From Candidatus Latescibacterota bacterium (GTDB taxonomy: Bacteria > Latescibacterota > UBA2968 > UBA8231), in the NCBI GenBank assembly GCA_036336855.1, contig JAYZFI010000052.1, positions 7,087-71,086 on the forward strand: a stretch of DNA of 64,000 nt, read 5' to 3'. How positions within the stretch are numbered: the stretch's first letter is position 1; the number at the start of each line of letters is the position of its first letter. The notes below the pieces were generated by a model, which did no database searches, was not told the DNA's origin, and saw only the letters and a program-made list of their open reading frames with translations. This document shows positions 9,353 to 18,966 of this stretch, piece by piece. The position numbers were made by a program, and so were the translations under genes.

Positions 9353-12025
9353 CTAATAGACTACGGCGAACGTAGTGATCAGGCTGCTGCGGTCGATGTT
9401 CGCCCCCTCGACGTCGGCGTCCACTTCGACCTGGGCGACATACAGTCCCGGAGGGGTGAGTTCCCCAGCCTCGTCGCGGCCGTCCCAGGGGATTGAGTAG
9501 TCGCCCGCGCTGACGCTCCTGCGGTCGACGAGGCGCCGCAGCTGACGGCCGCTGAGATCGTGGATCTCCACAGCCACGAGATTGTCGCCGTCCACGAGCA
9601 GCACGGTGAACTCGAAGCGCACTTCGTCGTTAATGGCGTCGCCATTCGGAGAGAATGCCGGAGGTAAGACCTCGAGATTGTGGATCAGGGACTTGTACTC
9701 GACCACGCCCACCAGGGTCGTGGCATTACCGTCGGCTGCGGATGCGGCGTCACCGGCGCTCACCCATTGCCAGGGCTCGTCTCCGCTGCGCGCGGCCGCC
9801 CGCAGCTCGGTGCCGGCGGAGAACAGGGCGGTACGAAAATTGAGGCGCACGAGCTCGATTCCGGTGTTGGGGCGAACTTGGTTGTCGATGACGACGTGCA
9901 GACTATCGCCAACTTCACCCACGGCAGTTGCCGACAACCAGGTATCCGGGTCCAAGGCGGCGACTCCTTCCTCCGAGCCTGCGTACACGGCATCGAACTC
10001 GATTTGCATCTCCGGAGAGCCCACCAGCAACAGTTCGTCAAAGCCGGGGCTGGTACGGTTGAAGTCGGGGCGCACGAACAGTGAGAACGGCCGCGGAACC
10101 CCCAGGGAATCGACCTCAACGGGATCGATCTCTGCGGTCAGCATCTGGGCGACCGGACTGGCAAAGTGCAGCCTGATCGAGTTCAGCGTCGCCGAGGTGT
10201 CGAGGCGGTCGGAGAGCAGCGTTGCCCGCACCTTCACAAACTCGCGAGGTGAGGGAGAGATGATCGGGCTGCCCGTGGGATCGTCGTATGGTTGGCTCCA
10301 GGAGCTCCAGTCACCTCCTGGGACCTCTTCGCTAGTGATGTCGCCTTTGAAGATAGATAGCAGTCGCCCGTATTGAACTTCGGTGACTTCCCTGCCGTCC
10401 TTGTGGAAATAGTGGAGCACCTCGTCGAGCTCGTCACCGGTGCGGGTCTGAATGAGTACATCCGTTCCCGGCGGTCGTTTTGCCTCCCATTCTACCGATA
10501 CCAAGTTGCGGCTGCCGCCTAGACGGATGAGGTCGGATTCCATGCTGATCTCGGGCTGATAGCCCTGGCCGTAGGCCTGCACCTCGGCGAGCTTGGCCAC
10601 GCGGGCAGCGCCGCTGGTCAGTGTCCACTGAACGCGAAGAAAGCGTGCTTTGACCAAGTCGAATCGGTTAGCTTCAAAGTTGTTTTCAGAGGCGAAATAG
10701 TCGCCGTCTAAGACGACCACGGCGTTGGGATCACGCTCAAACATGCGTTGCCAGCTCAAGCTGCCATCGGCGGCTCGGCTGCCATCGGAGACGTCGATGT
10801 TGTACTTCCCGAACACGCCAAAGCGACCGCTGGCCGTGTTGGCTGCGTAGGCCATCCGGTTCGCTGTGAGCCAGTAGAATGAGCCGAGATCGAAACGCAG
10901 CTCCGTTTCCGGCTCCGCCACCGCTGACACGGTTCCGTGGAAGACGTCGTTGAAGCTGTCTAAGCTGCCGTCGATAAAGTTGGCTAGTGCCAGGGTCTGT
11001 TGCGCCGTGGTGGAGATGACTCCGTCACGGGCGAGAATGCCGCTGATGAGCTCGTCCCCCTCGGTCCACACCTCCAGCTCCGCCAACCGGGGGCGCTCCG
11101 TACGGAAGTACAAAACCTCGCCCTGTCGATCGTCGTCGAGCAGTTCATGTACCGCCTGCGCAACAGGCACCTCGCTCCCATCGGGCAGCAGCTTGTTGAA
11201 GACGACATCTCCCCGCTGGTCCGTTGGGAGATCGGCGTATTCTTCGGCGTTGACCTGTCTAGCCCGATTGGTATCACTGCCGTTTACGATCACCTGGACC
11301 CAGCGCACCGGCCGTGCGCGAAGGGCGGTAGACTCCGGGGCCATGTCCTGAGTGCTGCCCGCTGACTTCGCTGAGCCTTCCACCACGATCTGATTCCCGC
11401 TCAGATCCAAGGAAAACACGCGTTGCGACTTATTGGGCTGGAGCGTGCGCAACACCGTGGTGAAACCAGGAGTCGCCAGGCTCTGAACGCGGGTGGGCCG
11501 CAAGCCGTCGGAGATAAGTACGTCAAACAGCAGGAAGGGGTCGCCGAGCTCTTCGTCGACGAACTTGAGAACGATCTTGTTGGCGAACGTGAGTCGACCG
11601 AGGTCGAGCATGAACCACCACTGACTGCCCAGATCCAGATCCGGGCTTGCCTTGTCGGGCTGCCAGTATGTTGTGAGATCACCGTCAAAGAGATTCTGCA
11701 CATCCTGTGCGTTGGAGCCAGAGATGATCGCGTCCGCTAGAGTGATCTCCTCGCTATCCTTATTGCCGATCTCCGAGCGCGGATGCAACCGCAGCCAATC
11801 TTCGATATCTCGGGTAGCGTCGATGTTGGTGCGGACTCGGTTGGCCAGGACGTTGCCGCGCGAGGTGATGTTCACTGTGCCCGCCGGGAATTCCCAATTG
11901 CTCCAATGTGAACGGGTAATGACCACCACCTCATCACCGGTGATGAGGTGCCCGGACTGGGCGAGCGCTCCTTGTGCCAGTAGCAGGAAGGTGACACCGG
12001 CCTGTAGCCATCGGTGTACGGACAC
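9353..12025 (-). CDS. Secreted class A discoidin-like/FlgD-Ig C-terminal domain protein
   Basis: 890 aa paralog; signal peptide; LLSIFKGD; SPNGDAINDE; ends FAVVY. Confidence 0.75.
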   Translation of the reverse strand: MSVHRWLQAGVTFLLLAQGALAQSGHLITGDEVVVITRSHWSNWEFPAGTVNITSRGNVLANRVRTNIDATRDIEDWLRLHPRSEIGNKDSEEITLADAIISGSNAQDVQNLFDGDLTTYWQPDKASPDLDLGSQWWFMLDLGRLTFANKIVLKFVDEELGDPFLLFDVLISDGLRPTRVQSLATPGFTTVLRTLQPNKSQRVFSLDLSGNQIVVEGSAKSAGSTQDMAPESTALRARPVRWVQVIVNGSDTNRARQVNAEEYADLPTDQRGDVVFNKLLPDGSEVPVAQAVHELLDDDRQGEVLYFRTERPRLAELEVWTEGDELISGILARDGVISTTAQQTLALANFIDGSLDSFNDVFHGTVSAVAEPETELRFDLGSFYWLTANRMAYAANTASGRFGVFGKYNIDVSDGSRAADGSLSWQRMFERDPNAVVVLDGDYFASENNFEANRFDLVKARFLRVQWTLTSGAARVAKLAEVQAYGQGYQPEISMESDLIRLGGSRNLVSVEWEAKRPPGTDVLIQTRTGDELDEVLHYFHKDGREVTEVQYGRLLSIFKGDITSEEVPGGDWSSWSQPYDDPTGSPIISPSPREFVKVRATLLSDRLDTSATLNSIRLHFASPVAQMLTAEIDPVEVDSLGVPRPFSLFVRPDFNRTSPGFDELLLVGSPEMQIEFDAVYAGSEEGVAALDPDTWLSATAVGEVGDSLHVVIDNQVRPNTGIELVRLNFRTALFSAGTELRAAARSGDEPWQWVSAGDAASAADGNATTLVGVVEYKSLIHNLEVLPPAFSPNGDAINDEVRFEFTVLLVDGDNLVAVEIHDLSGRQLRRLVDRRSVSAGDYSIPWDGRDEAGELTPPGLYVAQVEVDADVEGANIDRSSLITTFAVVY

Positions 12026-12027
12026 GA

Positions 12028-13944
12028 TCAGTACGCGACCGAAATGGACCGCATAGCCTGAGCCATACCTTGGTCGGAGTCCACTTCCAAGCGCAGCAGG
12101 TAGACCCCGGGGGCGAGGATCTCGTCGTCCGTGCCGCGACCGTCCCAGCTGGCGCGGTAGCTACCGCTACCGGAGTTGCCGCTGAGCACCTGTGCAACGA
12201 GCCGGCCTCCGAGATCGTAGAGTTTGATCGTCGAGGGCACGGCGCCACTGAGGTTGAGCAGGTCAAAGGAGACCGTGACCTCGTCGTTGATACCGTCGCC
12301 GTTGGGGGTCACCACCGTCGAGCTGATCTCCAGAGAGTTGATGCGCTGCACCCGTAGGCTCTCGAGGTCGACCTGCAGCACATCGCTGTCGGACAGCGGA
12401 TCGGCATCTCCTGGCGTCAGTTGCTGAGGGACCTCCTGGGGGCGATCGCTGTCGAAAACTCGCCCGGGGAACTGGGTGCCGAACTTGAACACCTGGGAGC
12501 GGAAGTCCACCTCGACCAGTTCCTCGGTGCGCTGCAGGTCGATGCGCGGCAGGGTAAGGGCGAAGCCGGAAGAGTCCATGCGCACGATTTCGAAGGGCAC
12601 GTCCTGACCGCTGATGCGTACGGCGTCGATGCCGGCAGGCATGGTCGGTGTGCCGATCTCAATGCCGTCAAAGCCGGGGTCATTCTCGTCGAGGCGAGGC
12701 TTGATCTTGTAGGTGAAAGATGTGCTCTCCCCGGCAGATGCGATGGACGGTGTGATCTCCGCCAGCGTTTGGGTCGACAACGGCACGGAGGTCTGAAACT
12801 GGACGTACTCGATCTCGCTGCCGGCATCCACAGTCGATGTGAACAGGGAGCGGAAGCGCACGTAGCGGCGGGGTCGGTCGGAGGAGGCGTCGCCGATGAA
12901 GCGATTGAAGTCGTAGGGAGTAGACCAGAAATCCCAGTTCTCGGTGTCGTGGGTGATTCCCGCCTTTTCCGCAGTCTCCAAGCTCTGATAAGCACGTAGG
13001 TTGATGACGCTGCCGTTGCTGGCGAAGCGGCTGCGCTCGTCACCGCGGAAGGTGAAACGCCAGTAGTTGTTGGGATCCACGTCATCTCCGGCGTGCATAC
13101 TGAGGGCGACTCCGGCGCTGTGATCGACGCGTCCGGACCATTCTACCCGACCGATGTTCACTGGCGAGCCGAGGTCGATGACGTTGGTGCGGTACTCTGC
13201 TTCCGGGGCAAAGCCGACGGCGTAGATCTCGAACTCGGCAATCTCCCAGATGCCCCGAGTGTTCTCGAAGCCCTTGAAGAGTATGGTCTCGATGGGGGTA
13301 CGCGGCATGGGGATGACGATGTGGCCACGGGTGTTTTCCTCAATCTCGACCGCAACGAAGTAGTCGTCGACTCCCAAGCGATTGCGGATGGTGATGTCCC
13401 GGGTGCCGTCCTTGAGGGGATCGCCATCACTGTGGCCGATGAGGAACTTCTCGATGAAGCGGTCCTCCAGATGCTCTTCCCGGGGGTAGAACTCCAGACG
13501 ATCGATGAGGAAGCGGCCCCCCAAATTGAAGCGCAGATGCTTCTGCGCGGGGTTGTGCGAAGCGAAGTGGCCATCACCCAGGTAGGCGGTGACCGGGTCC
13601 TCGTCCCACATGAAGGCTTCCGTCTCCTCGTGGACGGCCCAGCCAATCCACTGCAGCCACTGGATGTTGCCACCCAGTTCGCCCTTAATCTTGGGAGTCA
13701 GATTCACATTGGCGTCCATCTGCAGGGGAGCGATGGAGTCCTGAGTCAAATCCACGAGGTCGGCGAGGCCGTGCGAAAGGGGATCGACGTCGACCCAGGG
13801 GATCTGCACGAACTCGAACTCGCCACCGATCTCCGGCGGAGGCAGGTTCTCGCCGCCGATGCGGTAGACGGTGAGGGCCTGTGCAGGCTGGCTGTGCGTT
13901 AGCGCAATGGCCATCGCGGCCAGCAGAGCTTGGATCCGGCTCAT
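12028..13944 (-). CDS. Secreted class B discoidin-like/FlgD-Ig C-terminal domain protein
   Basis: 638 aa; signal peptide then LTVYRIGG; DPNNYWRFTFRGDERSR; TPNGDGINDE; ends ISVAY. Confidence 0.75.
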   Translation of the reverse strand: MSRIQALLAAMAIALTHSQPAQALTVYRIGGENLPPPEIGGEFEFVQIPWVDVDPLSHGLADLVDLTQDSIAPLQMDANVNLTPKIKGELGGNIQWLQWIGWAVHEETEAFMWDEDPVTAYLGDGHFASHNPAQKHLRFNLGGRFLIDRLEFYPREEHLEDRFIEKFLIGHSDGDPLKDGTRDITIRNRLGVDDYFVAVEIEENTRGHIVIPMPRTPIETILFKGFENTRGIWEIAEFEIYAVGFAPEAEYRTNVIDLGSPVNIGRVEWSGRVDHSAGVALSMHAGDDVDPNNYWRFTFRGDERSRFASNGSVINLRAYQSLETAEKAGITHDTENWDFWSTPYDFNRFIGDASSDRPRRYVRFRSLFTSTVDAGSEIEYVQFQTSVPLSTQTLAEITPSIASAGESTSFTYKIKPRLDENDPGFDGIEIGTPTMPAGIDAVRISGQDVPFEIVRMDSSGFALTLPRIDLQRTEELVEVDFRSQVFKFGTQFPGRVFDSDRPQEVPQQLTPGDADPLSDSDVLQVDLESLRVQRINSLEISSTVVTPNGDGINDEVTVSFDLLNLSGAVPSTIKLYDLGGRLVAQVLSGNSGSGSYRASWDGRGTDDEILAPGVYLLRLEVDSDQGMAQAMRSISVAY

Positions 13945-13982
13945 GACGTCTCCTGATCTCTGCGACGGGCGTTTTCGCCCGG

Positions 13983-15923
13983 TCAGTAGGCCACCGACAG
14001 AGATCGCAACGAGCGTTCAGTGCCACGATCCGACACGAGCTCGACTTCTACGGTGTAGACTCCCGGCGCCAGGGGTTCGCCGCTGGTGTCAGCACCATCC
14101 CAGGTCGTGGTGAACCGGCCGCTGCCGCCCCGGCCGTCCCCATCGCGGAACACAACGCGACCGGAGAGATCGCGCACGGACACCACCACCGGTACACCCG
14201 GGGTGAGGTTGATGAGATCGTACTCGATCATCACTTGATCGTTGATTCCGTCGTTGTTAGGGGTCACTACCCGGGTGGACAGAGACACTTGGCGGATGAC
14301 TTCTTCCTCGAAGCTGTCGAGATCGACCTGCAAACCGTCGCCGTCGGCGAGGGGATCGGCGTCACCCGGGGTCAGGGCCTGATGGACTTCATGCGGACGG
14401 TTACTGTCGAACACCGACCCCTCGAAGACGGTGCCGAACTGGAAGACCTCGGACTGGAAGTCGACCTCCACGAGTTCCCCGCTCTGCGACAGGTCGAAGC
14501 GGGGGATGCGCACGGTAAAGCCCCCGTCGTCTACGTGGACGACGTCAACTCCCACATCCCGGCCGGCGACGCGTACGCCGTCAATGCTGGAGGGCTGGGT
14601 CGGTGTGCGGATGGTGACGGAATCGAACCCGAGGTCGTCGGGCTGTAGAATGGGCCGCACCCGATAAGTAAAAGGGGTGACAGCACCGGCAGCGCTCGTC
14701 GTGGGGGAGATCTCCGCCATCACCTGCGAGGCCACGGGGGGAATGGATACGGAGAACTGCACCCAGTCGAGCTGTGCCGTCTCGGTCTCGCGGGATCGGA
14801 CCTCGGTGTGCAGCTGCACGAACTGGCGCGGTCGATTCGCCGCCATCGTGCCGCCGCCGCTGTCGAAGTCGTAGGCGGCCGACCAGAAATCCCAGCTCTC
14901 GGTGTCGTGGGTGATGCCCGCCTTCTCGGCGCGCTCAAGGCCGTTGTAGGCGCTTCGCGTCAGCTCCCGGCCATTGGCATCGTAGCGGCTGCGCTCGTCG
15001 CCGCGGAAGGTGAACCGCCAATAGTTGTTGGGATCCTCGTCGTCGCCGGCGCGCATGGTCAGGTCCACCTCGACCCCCTTGCTGCTGCGGCCACCCCATT
15101 GCAGAGTTCCGAGGCTGGCCGGCTCACCGAGGTCGATGACGTCGCAGACAAAATCCGCTACTGGCGCCACACCGAAGGCGTAGATCTCTAGCTCGGCGAT
15201 TTCCCAGATGCCGCGCCGGTTCTCGGGCAGCTCGAATCCGATGGAGGTCACGGGGGTAGGTGGTGGACGCAACTCGACGATGGCGTCGGTGTTCTCCTGC
15301 ACGTCGGCGAGGATGTCGAAGTCGAAAAACCCGGTTCGGTGCCCGAGCACAAACTCGCGGGTCCCGTCTTTCAGGGGATCGCCGTCGCTGAGTCCCAATC
15401 TGAAGGCCTCGACGAAGCGGTCCTCGAAGTGCTTCTCGCGGGGAAAGAATCGGATGCGGTCGAGCAGAAAGCTGCCGCCGAGATCGAAGATGAAAGTCTT
15501 GTTCTTGATGACGGAGTAGTCGCCGCCCCAGTCGCCGTCGCCGAGGAAGGCGGTCTCGGGATCGCCATCGAAGACGAGCAGGTCCTCGCCGACCGCCGGG
15601 CCCCATCCGGTCCACACCAGCGCCCGCACGTTGCCACCGCGCTCTTTCAGCAAGGGCGCCAGGTTTACGGAGGAGTCGAAGCTCTCGGGAGTGATGAACT
15701 CGGGGGTCAGCGTGAACTGGCTGGCCAATCCCAGGGCGCCTCCCGCGGCCTCGCTCCAGGAGAGTTGCACGAACTCAAAGTCGCCTTCGACCTCGGGGGG
15801 CGGAAGCGATTCACCGCCGATGCGGTAGGTCGTCAGGCCCATCGCAGGGACCGCGAGACCGATGGCCAGTCCCAGCGTGACGAACACAGCCAGGCACCGT
15901 CCGAAGGGGTAGCGCTGTACCAT
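13983..15923 (-). CDS. Secreted class B discoidin-like/FlgD-Ig C-terminal domain protein
   Basis: Paralog of 12028..13944. Start moved to ATG 15923 because the track start (15986) lies inside a hairpin and 15923 gives a normal signal peptide. Ends LSVAY. Confidence 0.75.
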   Translation of the reverse strand: MVQRYPFGRCLAVFVTLGLAIGLAVPAMGLTTYRIGGESLPPPEVEGDFEFVQLSWSEAAGGALGLASQFTLTPEFITPESFDSSVNLAPLLKERGGNVRALVWTGWGPAVGEDLLVFDGDPETAFLGDGDWGGDYSVIKNKTFIFDLGGSFLLDRIRFFPREKHFEDRFVEAFRLGLSDGDPLKDGTREFVLGHRTGFFDFDILADVQENTDAIVELRPPPTPVTSIGFELPENRRGIWEIAELEIYAFGVAPVADFVCDVIDLGEPASLGTLQWGGRSSKGVEVDLTMRAGDDEDPNNYWRFTFRGDERSRYDANGRELTRSAYNGLERAEKAGITHDTESWDFWSAAYDFDSGGGTMAANRPRQFVQLHTEVRSRETETAQLDWVQFSVSIPPVASQVMAEISPTTSAAGAVTPFTYRVRPILQPDDLGFDSVTIRTPTQPSSIDGVRVAGRDVGVDVVHVDDGGFTVRIPRFDLSQSGELVEVDFQSEVFQFGTVFEGSVFDSNRPHEVHQALTPGDADPLADGDGLQVDLDSFEEEVIRQVSLSTRVVTPNNDGINDQVMIEYDLINLTPGVPVVVSVRDLSGRVVFRDGDGRGGSGRFTTTWDGADTSGEPLAPGVYTVEVELVSDRGTERSLRSLSVAY

Positions 15924-15955
15924 GAGCGTGGTTCTCCGAGCGGTTGGCGCGCAAC

Positions 15956-16003
15956 GGCAAAACGAGAACGGGGAGGGCTGACCCATAGGATCTGCCCTCC
16001 CCG
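15956..16003 (-). terminator. GC-rich hairpin with imperfect U tail (intrinsic terminator or mRNA stabiliser)
   Basis: 10-bp inverted repeat CGGGGAGGGC (15969-15978) / GCCCTCCCCG (15994-16003), followed on the minus strand by TTCTCGTTTT. Confidence 0.7.
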
Positions 16004-16019
16004 ATAATGGTACTCCATC

Positions 16020-16039
16020 CGGGGCGCCGAAGCACCCCG
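16020..16039 (-). other. cUUCGg tetraloop hairpin in the 3' UTR of the 300 aa gene
   Basis: Minus strand reads CGGGGUGC-UUCG-GCGCCCCG (8-bp stem with one G-U pair). Confidence 0.65.
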
Positions 16040-16068
16040 ACAGGCCCTGCTAACTTGGCAAAGACTGT

Positions 16069-16971
16069 CTAGTTGGCGAAGGAGGCCTTGATGTGACCCC
16101 AGCTGTCCTCTTCCACCGCCGTCGGCAGGCGATCCCAATCCGGTGGAAGCAGGATGTAATCGCTGAAGGAAGAGGAGTTACCGAAGATGTCAGACTGACC
16201 ACCCAGGACCCATTTGGCCGTGTTGGGATCCTCTTCGGTGCCGTTGTCGTTGTCGACGACCTGCAGACCGATACCGACAATCTCGTTCTCGACGAAATCG
16301 TGCTGCCCACTCAGGTTGGGATCAGTCCAGTTGAAGTCGTCCCAGGCGATATGCCACCACTCGGCCTGGAAGGTGGACTCAGTGCCGTGCGCCCCATTCA
16401 GGTTGAAAGAGTTGTCGCAGCAGGCGTAGGGCTCTTGGTCATGCCAGTCGGCGTCGGTCATCCAGAACCACTTCCAGCCGTCCGGCGGCAGGGAAGGCCA
16501 GCGGTAGTGAGCAGTTTGTGTCTGACGACCGCGATTGCGTTTGATCTCTTCTTCTGTGCCTTCGCTAGCCCAGAAGGTGCCACCGCTGTGGTCTGCGTCT
16601 ACACCAACCTCGATGCTATCGTCCTGACCGCAGCACCCGAAGCCGCCACCGTCGCGGTCCCAGATGTTGTCGAAACGATCGAAGACGTAGTAGAGCCGGT
16701 CGAGCTCATCATTCCAACCCATGGCAAAGCGCCAGTTCAGGTTGGAAACGTCGATCTCGCGACCAACGTCGCCTTCGGCGACGGAAGTGCGAAAGATGTC
16801 CACCCACAACTCGGCGGGTAGGGCATTCCACTCGTTAATATTGCCGTCCATCACTGGAAGGTGAGAAGTCGGCCAGGCCCAAGCGCCGAAGATCTCGCCT
16901 TCGGGCACGTGCGCCATGGCTTGACCGCCTACCACCAATGATGCGACTGCAACAAACGCAATGCGCCTCAT
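16069..16971 (-). CDS. Secreted acidic Trp-rich protein, possible CBM9/DOMON-like fold, with C-terminal TAVEEDSWGHIKASF motif
   Basis: Signal peptide (AMA-H); PVMDGNINEW, WNDELDRLY, DDSIEVGVDADHSGG, IGLQVVDND; strong RBS GGAGG. Confidence 0.65.
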   Translation of the reverse strand: MRRIAFVAVASLVVGGQAMAHVPEGEIFGAWAWPTSHLPVMDGNINEWNALPAELWVDIFRTSVAEGDVGREIDVSNLNWRFAMGWNDELDRLYYVFDRFDNIWDRDGGGFGCCGQDDSIEVGVDADHSGGTFWASEGTEEEIKRNRGRQTQTAHYRWPSLPPDGWKWFWMTDADWHDQEPYACCDNSFNLNGAHGTESTFQAEWWHIAWDDFNWTDPNLSGQHDFVENEIVGIGLQVVDNDNGTEEDPNTAKWVLGGQSDIFGNSSSFSDYILLPPDWDRLPTAVEEDSWGHIKASFAN

Positions 16972-17068
16972 TACGGTTCCTCCATAATCCCAATTCTGGG
17001 ATGCCAGGGTGAGTTATCGCAGTGGTTCATTACGAAACGAACCCATTCTCCGACGCCATGCCACTGCG

Positions 17069-17096
17069 GATAATGCCATGGGTCTATGGCATTATC
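17069..17096. promoter_or_regulatory. Perfect 11-bp inverted repeat at the predicted transcription start (operator or 5' stem-loop)
   Basis: GATAATGCCAT-gggtct-ATGGCATTATC. Confidence 0.6.
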
Positions 17097-17102
17097 GTGG
17101 AA

Positions 17103-17131
17103 ACCATACAGCGGCTGAGGGCGGGTGTCAA
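17103..17131 (-). promoter_or_regulatory. sigma70-type promoter for the 300 aa gene
   Basis: Minus strand TTGACA (17131-17126), 17-nt spacer, TATGGT (17108-17103). Confidence 0.7.
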
Positions 17132-17186
17132 GCTCCTCTAATTGCATCAATCACAAACCGTAACCCAAGCCCATGACACGGCACCG

Positions 17187-18941
17187 CTATCCTTGCCCTG
17201 TCGGAGCCACTGGCGTCGCCGTGGCCCACGGCATGGCTGAGCGTCCCAGGAAGCGCCGGCGGGCTGTGGACTCGAGCTCCTCCACGCGGTCCTCCAGTTC
17301 TATAGCTATGTCTATATCTCCTTGATTTTTATGGATTTGCGACAGAAAATGAAGAGCCTTCACGTAATCCGGGTCAAGCCCGATCGCGGTGTCGAGGTGA
17401 TCGATGGCCTCCGCCGTCATTCCCAGGTTTACATAATCCACGGCAAGATTGAAATGCGCCGGAGACATGTATGGATCGAGCTCGATCGCCCGGTGGTGAT
17501 ATTCGACGGCGCGCTGCCGGTTTCCGTTCGCTGAGAATGCGATCCCGAGATGGGTGTAGGCCCGTGCGTAGCCAGGGTCCACGTCGATGGCCCTCAGGTA
17601 GGCCCGGATCGCCTCCTCGATGCGTCCCTCCCGCATGCGTGCCACGCCGAGGTCATCGTGGGCGCTGGCCAACGACGGCGTGAGTCGACTCAGATACTCG
17701 CGGGCCTGTGCGTCGGTCTGCGAGTAGATAGTGTCCGTCCACGCCAGCAGCAGGATGGGAATCCCGAAGTAGACGACCATCTTGCCCGTCTCGAATCCCC
17801 ACTGCAACTTGGCCGATTGCTGTATACGGTCGCGAACGCCTGCCACCAGACCGCGAGGCTCCGGCTTCGAGTCGGACTCCACCGGGCTGTCACCATCGAC
17901 GAGGTTCTGGCGAATCTCCCGCTTGCGCACCTTCCACATGAAGCCGTCGTAGTAGTAGTGTAGGAAGGCGGATGCGGCGATGATGACCTTGGCCACGTCA
18001 TATATGACGTGGCTGCCGGTGGCGCGGGCCATGGCCTCGATGCCACCATAGGTGAAGATCAGCGCCACGTAGATGAGGACCAGCCGCAGCCGTCCGTCAC
18101 TGAACAGGTAGCGGAACCACGATCCACCGAGATCGCGGGAGCGCTTGAGAACGCCGCGGTTGTAGATCCAGACGATGGCGAAGTACTGGATGTCGTGAGC
18201 CAGGGCGACCACGGCGTAGCCGAGAATGATGTCCTGGAGCACGATGTAGGCGTAGTAGACGGTAGCAAAGGTGGTGGCGGTGATCGCCAGCTTGGGCCAC
18301 ACCACCGGGCCGCCGGCCATGCGCTCGCGGATCAGGCTGAGGCCGTAGACGATGCTAGTGATGACCGCTACGCCGAGCACGAGATCACGTAGGAGTTCGA
18401 TGTGGGTGGGATCGAGCTGGCTGTAAAGGCCGAAGCCATAGCGGTGGCAGCGCTCGAGGAAGTTGATCAGGTAGTGGGGGCTGGCGACCACGACGTAGCC
18501 GAACCAGGTCAGCACCAGCATCCAGTCGAGTCGGGCGCGAAGCCGGGTCGGCCGCCGCCGCTTGACCTCGTAAATCCTCATGAAGCCGTAGTGCTGCATG
18601 AGGAAGTGCCACATGTCCCAGAGGGCGAGGAAGATGAAGAACCCCAGGTGGCCGTTGAAAACGCTCCAACCGACGAAGCCGGTGATGGCCACGGGGGCGA
18701 CGATGAAGCGCACCTTGTAGCGCCGAAAAAGCTCGCGCTCGCCGTAGGCGCGCATGAACCCCGGAAGGTGATGGCCCACGGCGAAGAAGGCCAGCACGAA
18801 CCAGGCAATGTCAGCGGAGTCGAAACGCTGGGCGGCGACCAGCAGGACACCCAGGCAGAGCAGCGGTGTCCCGATGAAGAACAGCGCATCGCATCGGGGG
18901 CTGATGATCCATCCCTTGCTAGGGGCAACCGTGGTGGTCAC
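17187..18941 (-). CDS. Integral membrane protein with His motifs fused to C-terminal TPR repeats
   Basis: Multi-TM N-terminal part with GHHLPG, WHFLMQHYG, HDIQY, HYYYDGFMW; about 4 TPRs. Start set at GTG 18941 to avoid overlap with the upstream gene (track start 19040). Confidence 0.7.
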   Translation of the reverse strand: MTTTVAPSKGWIISPRCDALFFIGTPLLCLGVLLVAAQRFDSADIAWFVLAFFAVGHHLPGFMRAYGERELFRRYKVRFIVAPVAITGFVGWSVFNGHLGFFIFLALWDMWHFLMQHYGFMRIYEVKRRRPTRLRARLDWMLVLTWFGYVVVASPHYLINFLERCHRYGFGLYSQLDPTHIELLRDLVLGVAVITSIVYGLSLIRERMAGGPVVWPKLAITATTFATVYYAYIVLQDIILGYAVVALAHDIQYFAIVWIYNRGVLKRSRDLGGSWFRYLFSDGRLRLVLIYVALIFTYGGIEAMARATGSHVIYDVAKVIIAASAFLHYYYDGFMWKVRKREIRQNLVDGDSPVESDSKPEPRGLVAGVRDRIQQSAKLQWGFETGKMVVYFGIPILLLAWTDTIYSQTDAQAREYLSRLTPSLASAHDDLGVARMREGRIEEAIRAYLRAIDVDPGYARAYTHLGIAFSANGNRQRAVEYHHRAIELDPYMSPAHFNLAVDYVNLGMTAEAIDHLDTAIGLDPDYVKALHFLSQIHKNQGDIDIAIELEDRVEELESTARRRFLGRSAMPWATATPVAPTGQG

Positions 18942-18966
18942 AAGGGTTTGAGCTGCGCTCTCGCGG

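Noticed and set aside
2751-15923. Diversity-generating retroelement or recombination cassettes behind the paralog variation
   Set aside because: No reverse transcriptase or recombinase and no near-identical nucleotide repeats seen; paralogs differ throughout
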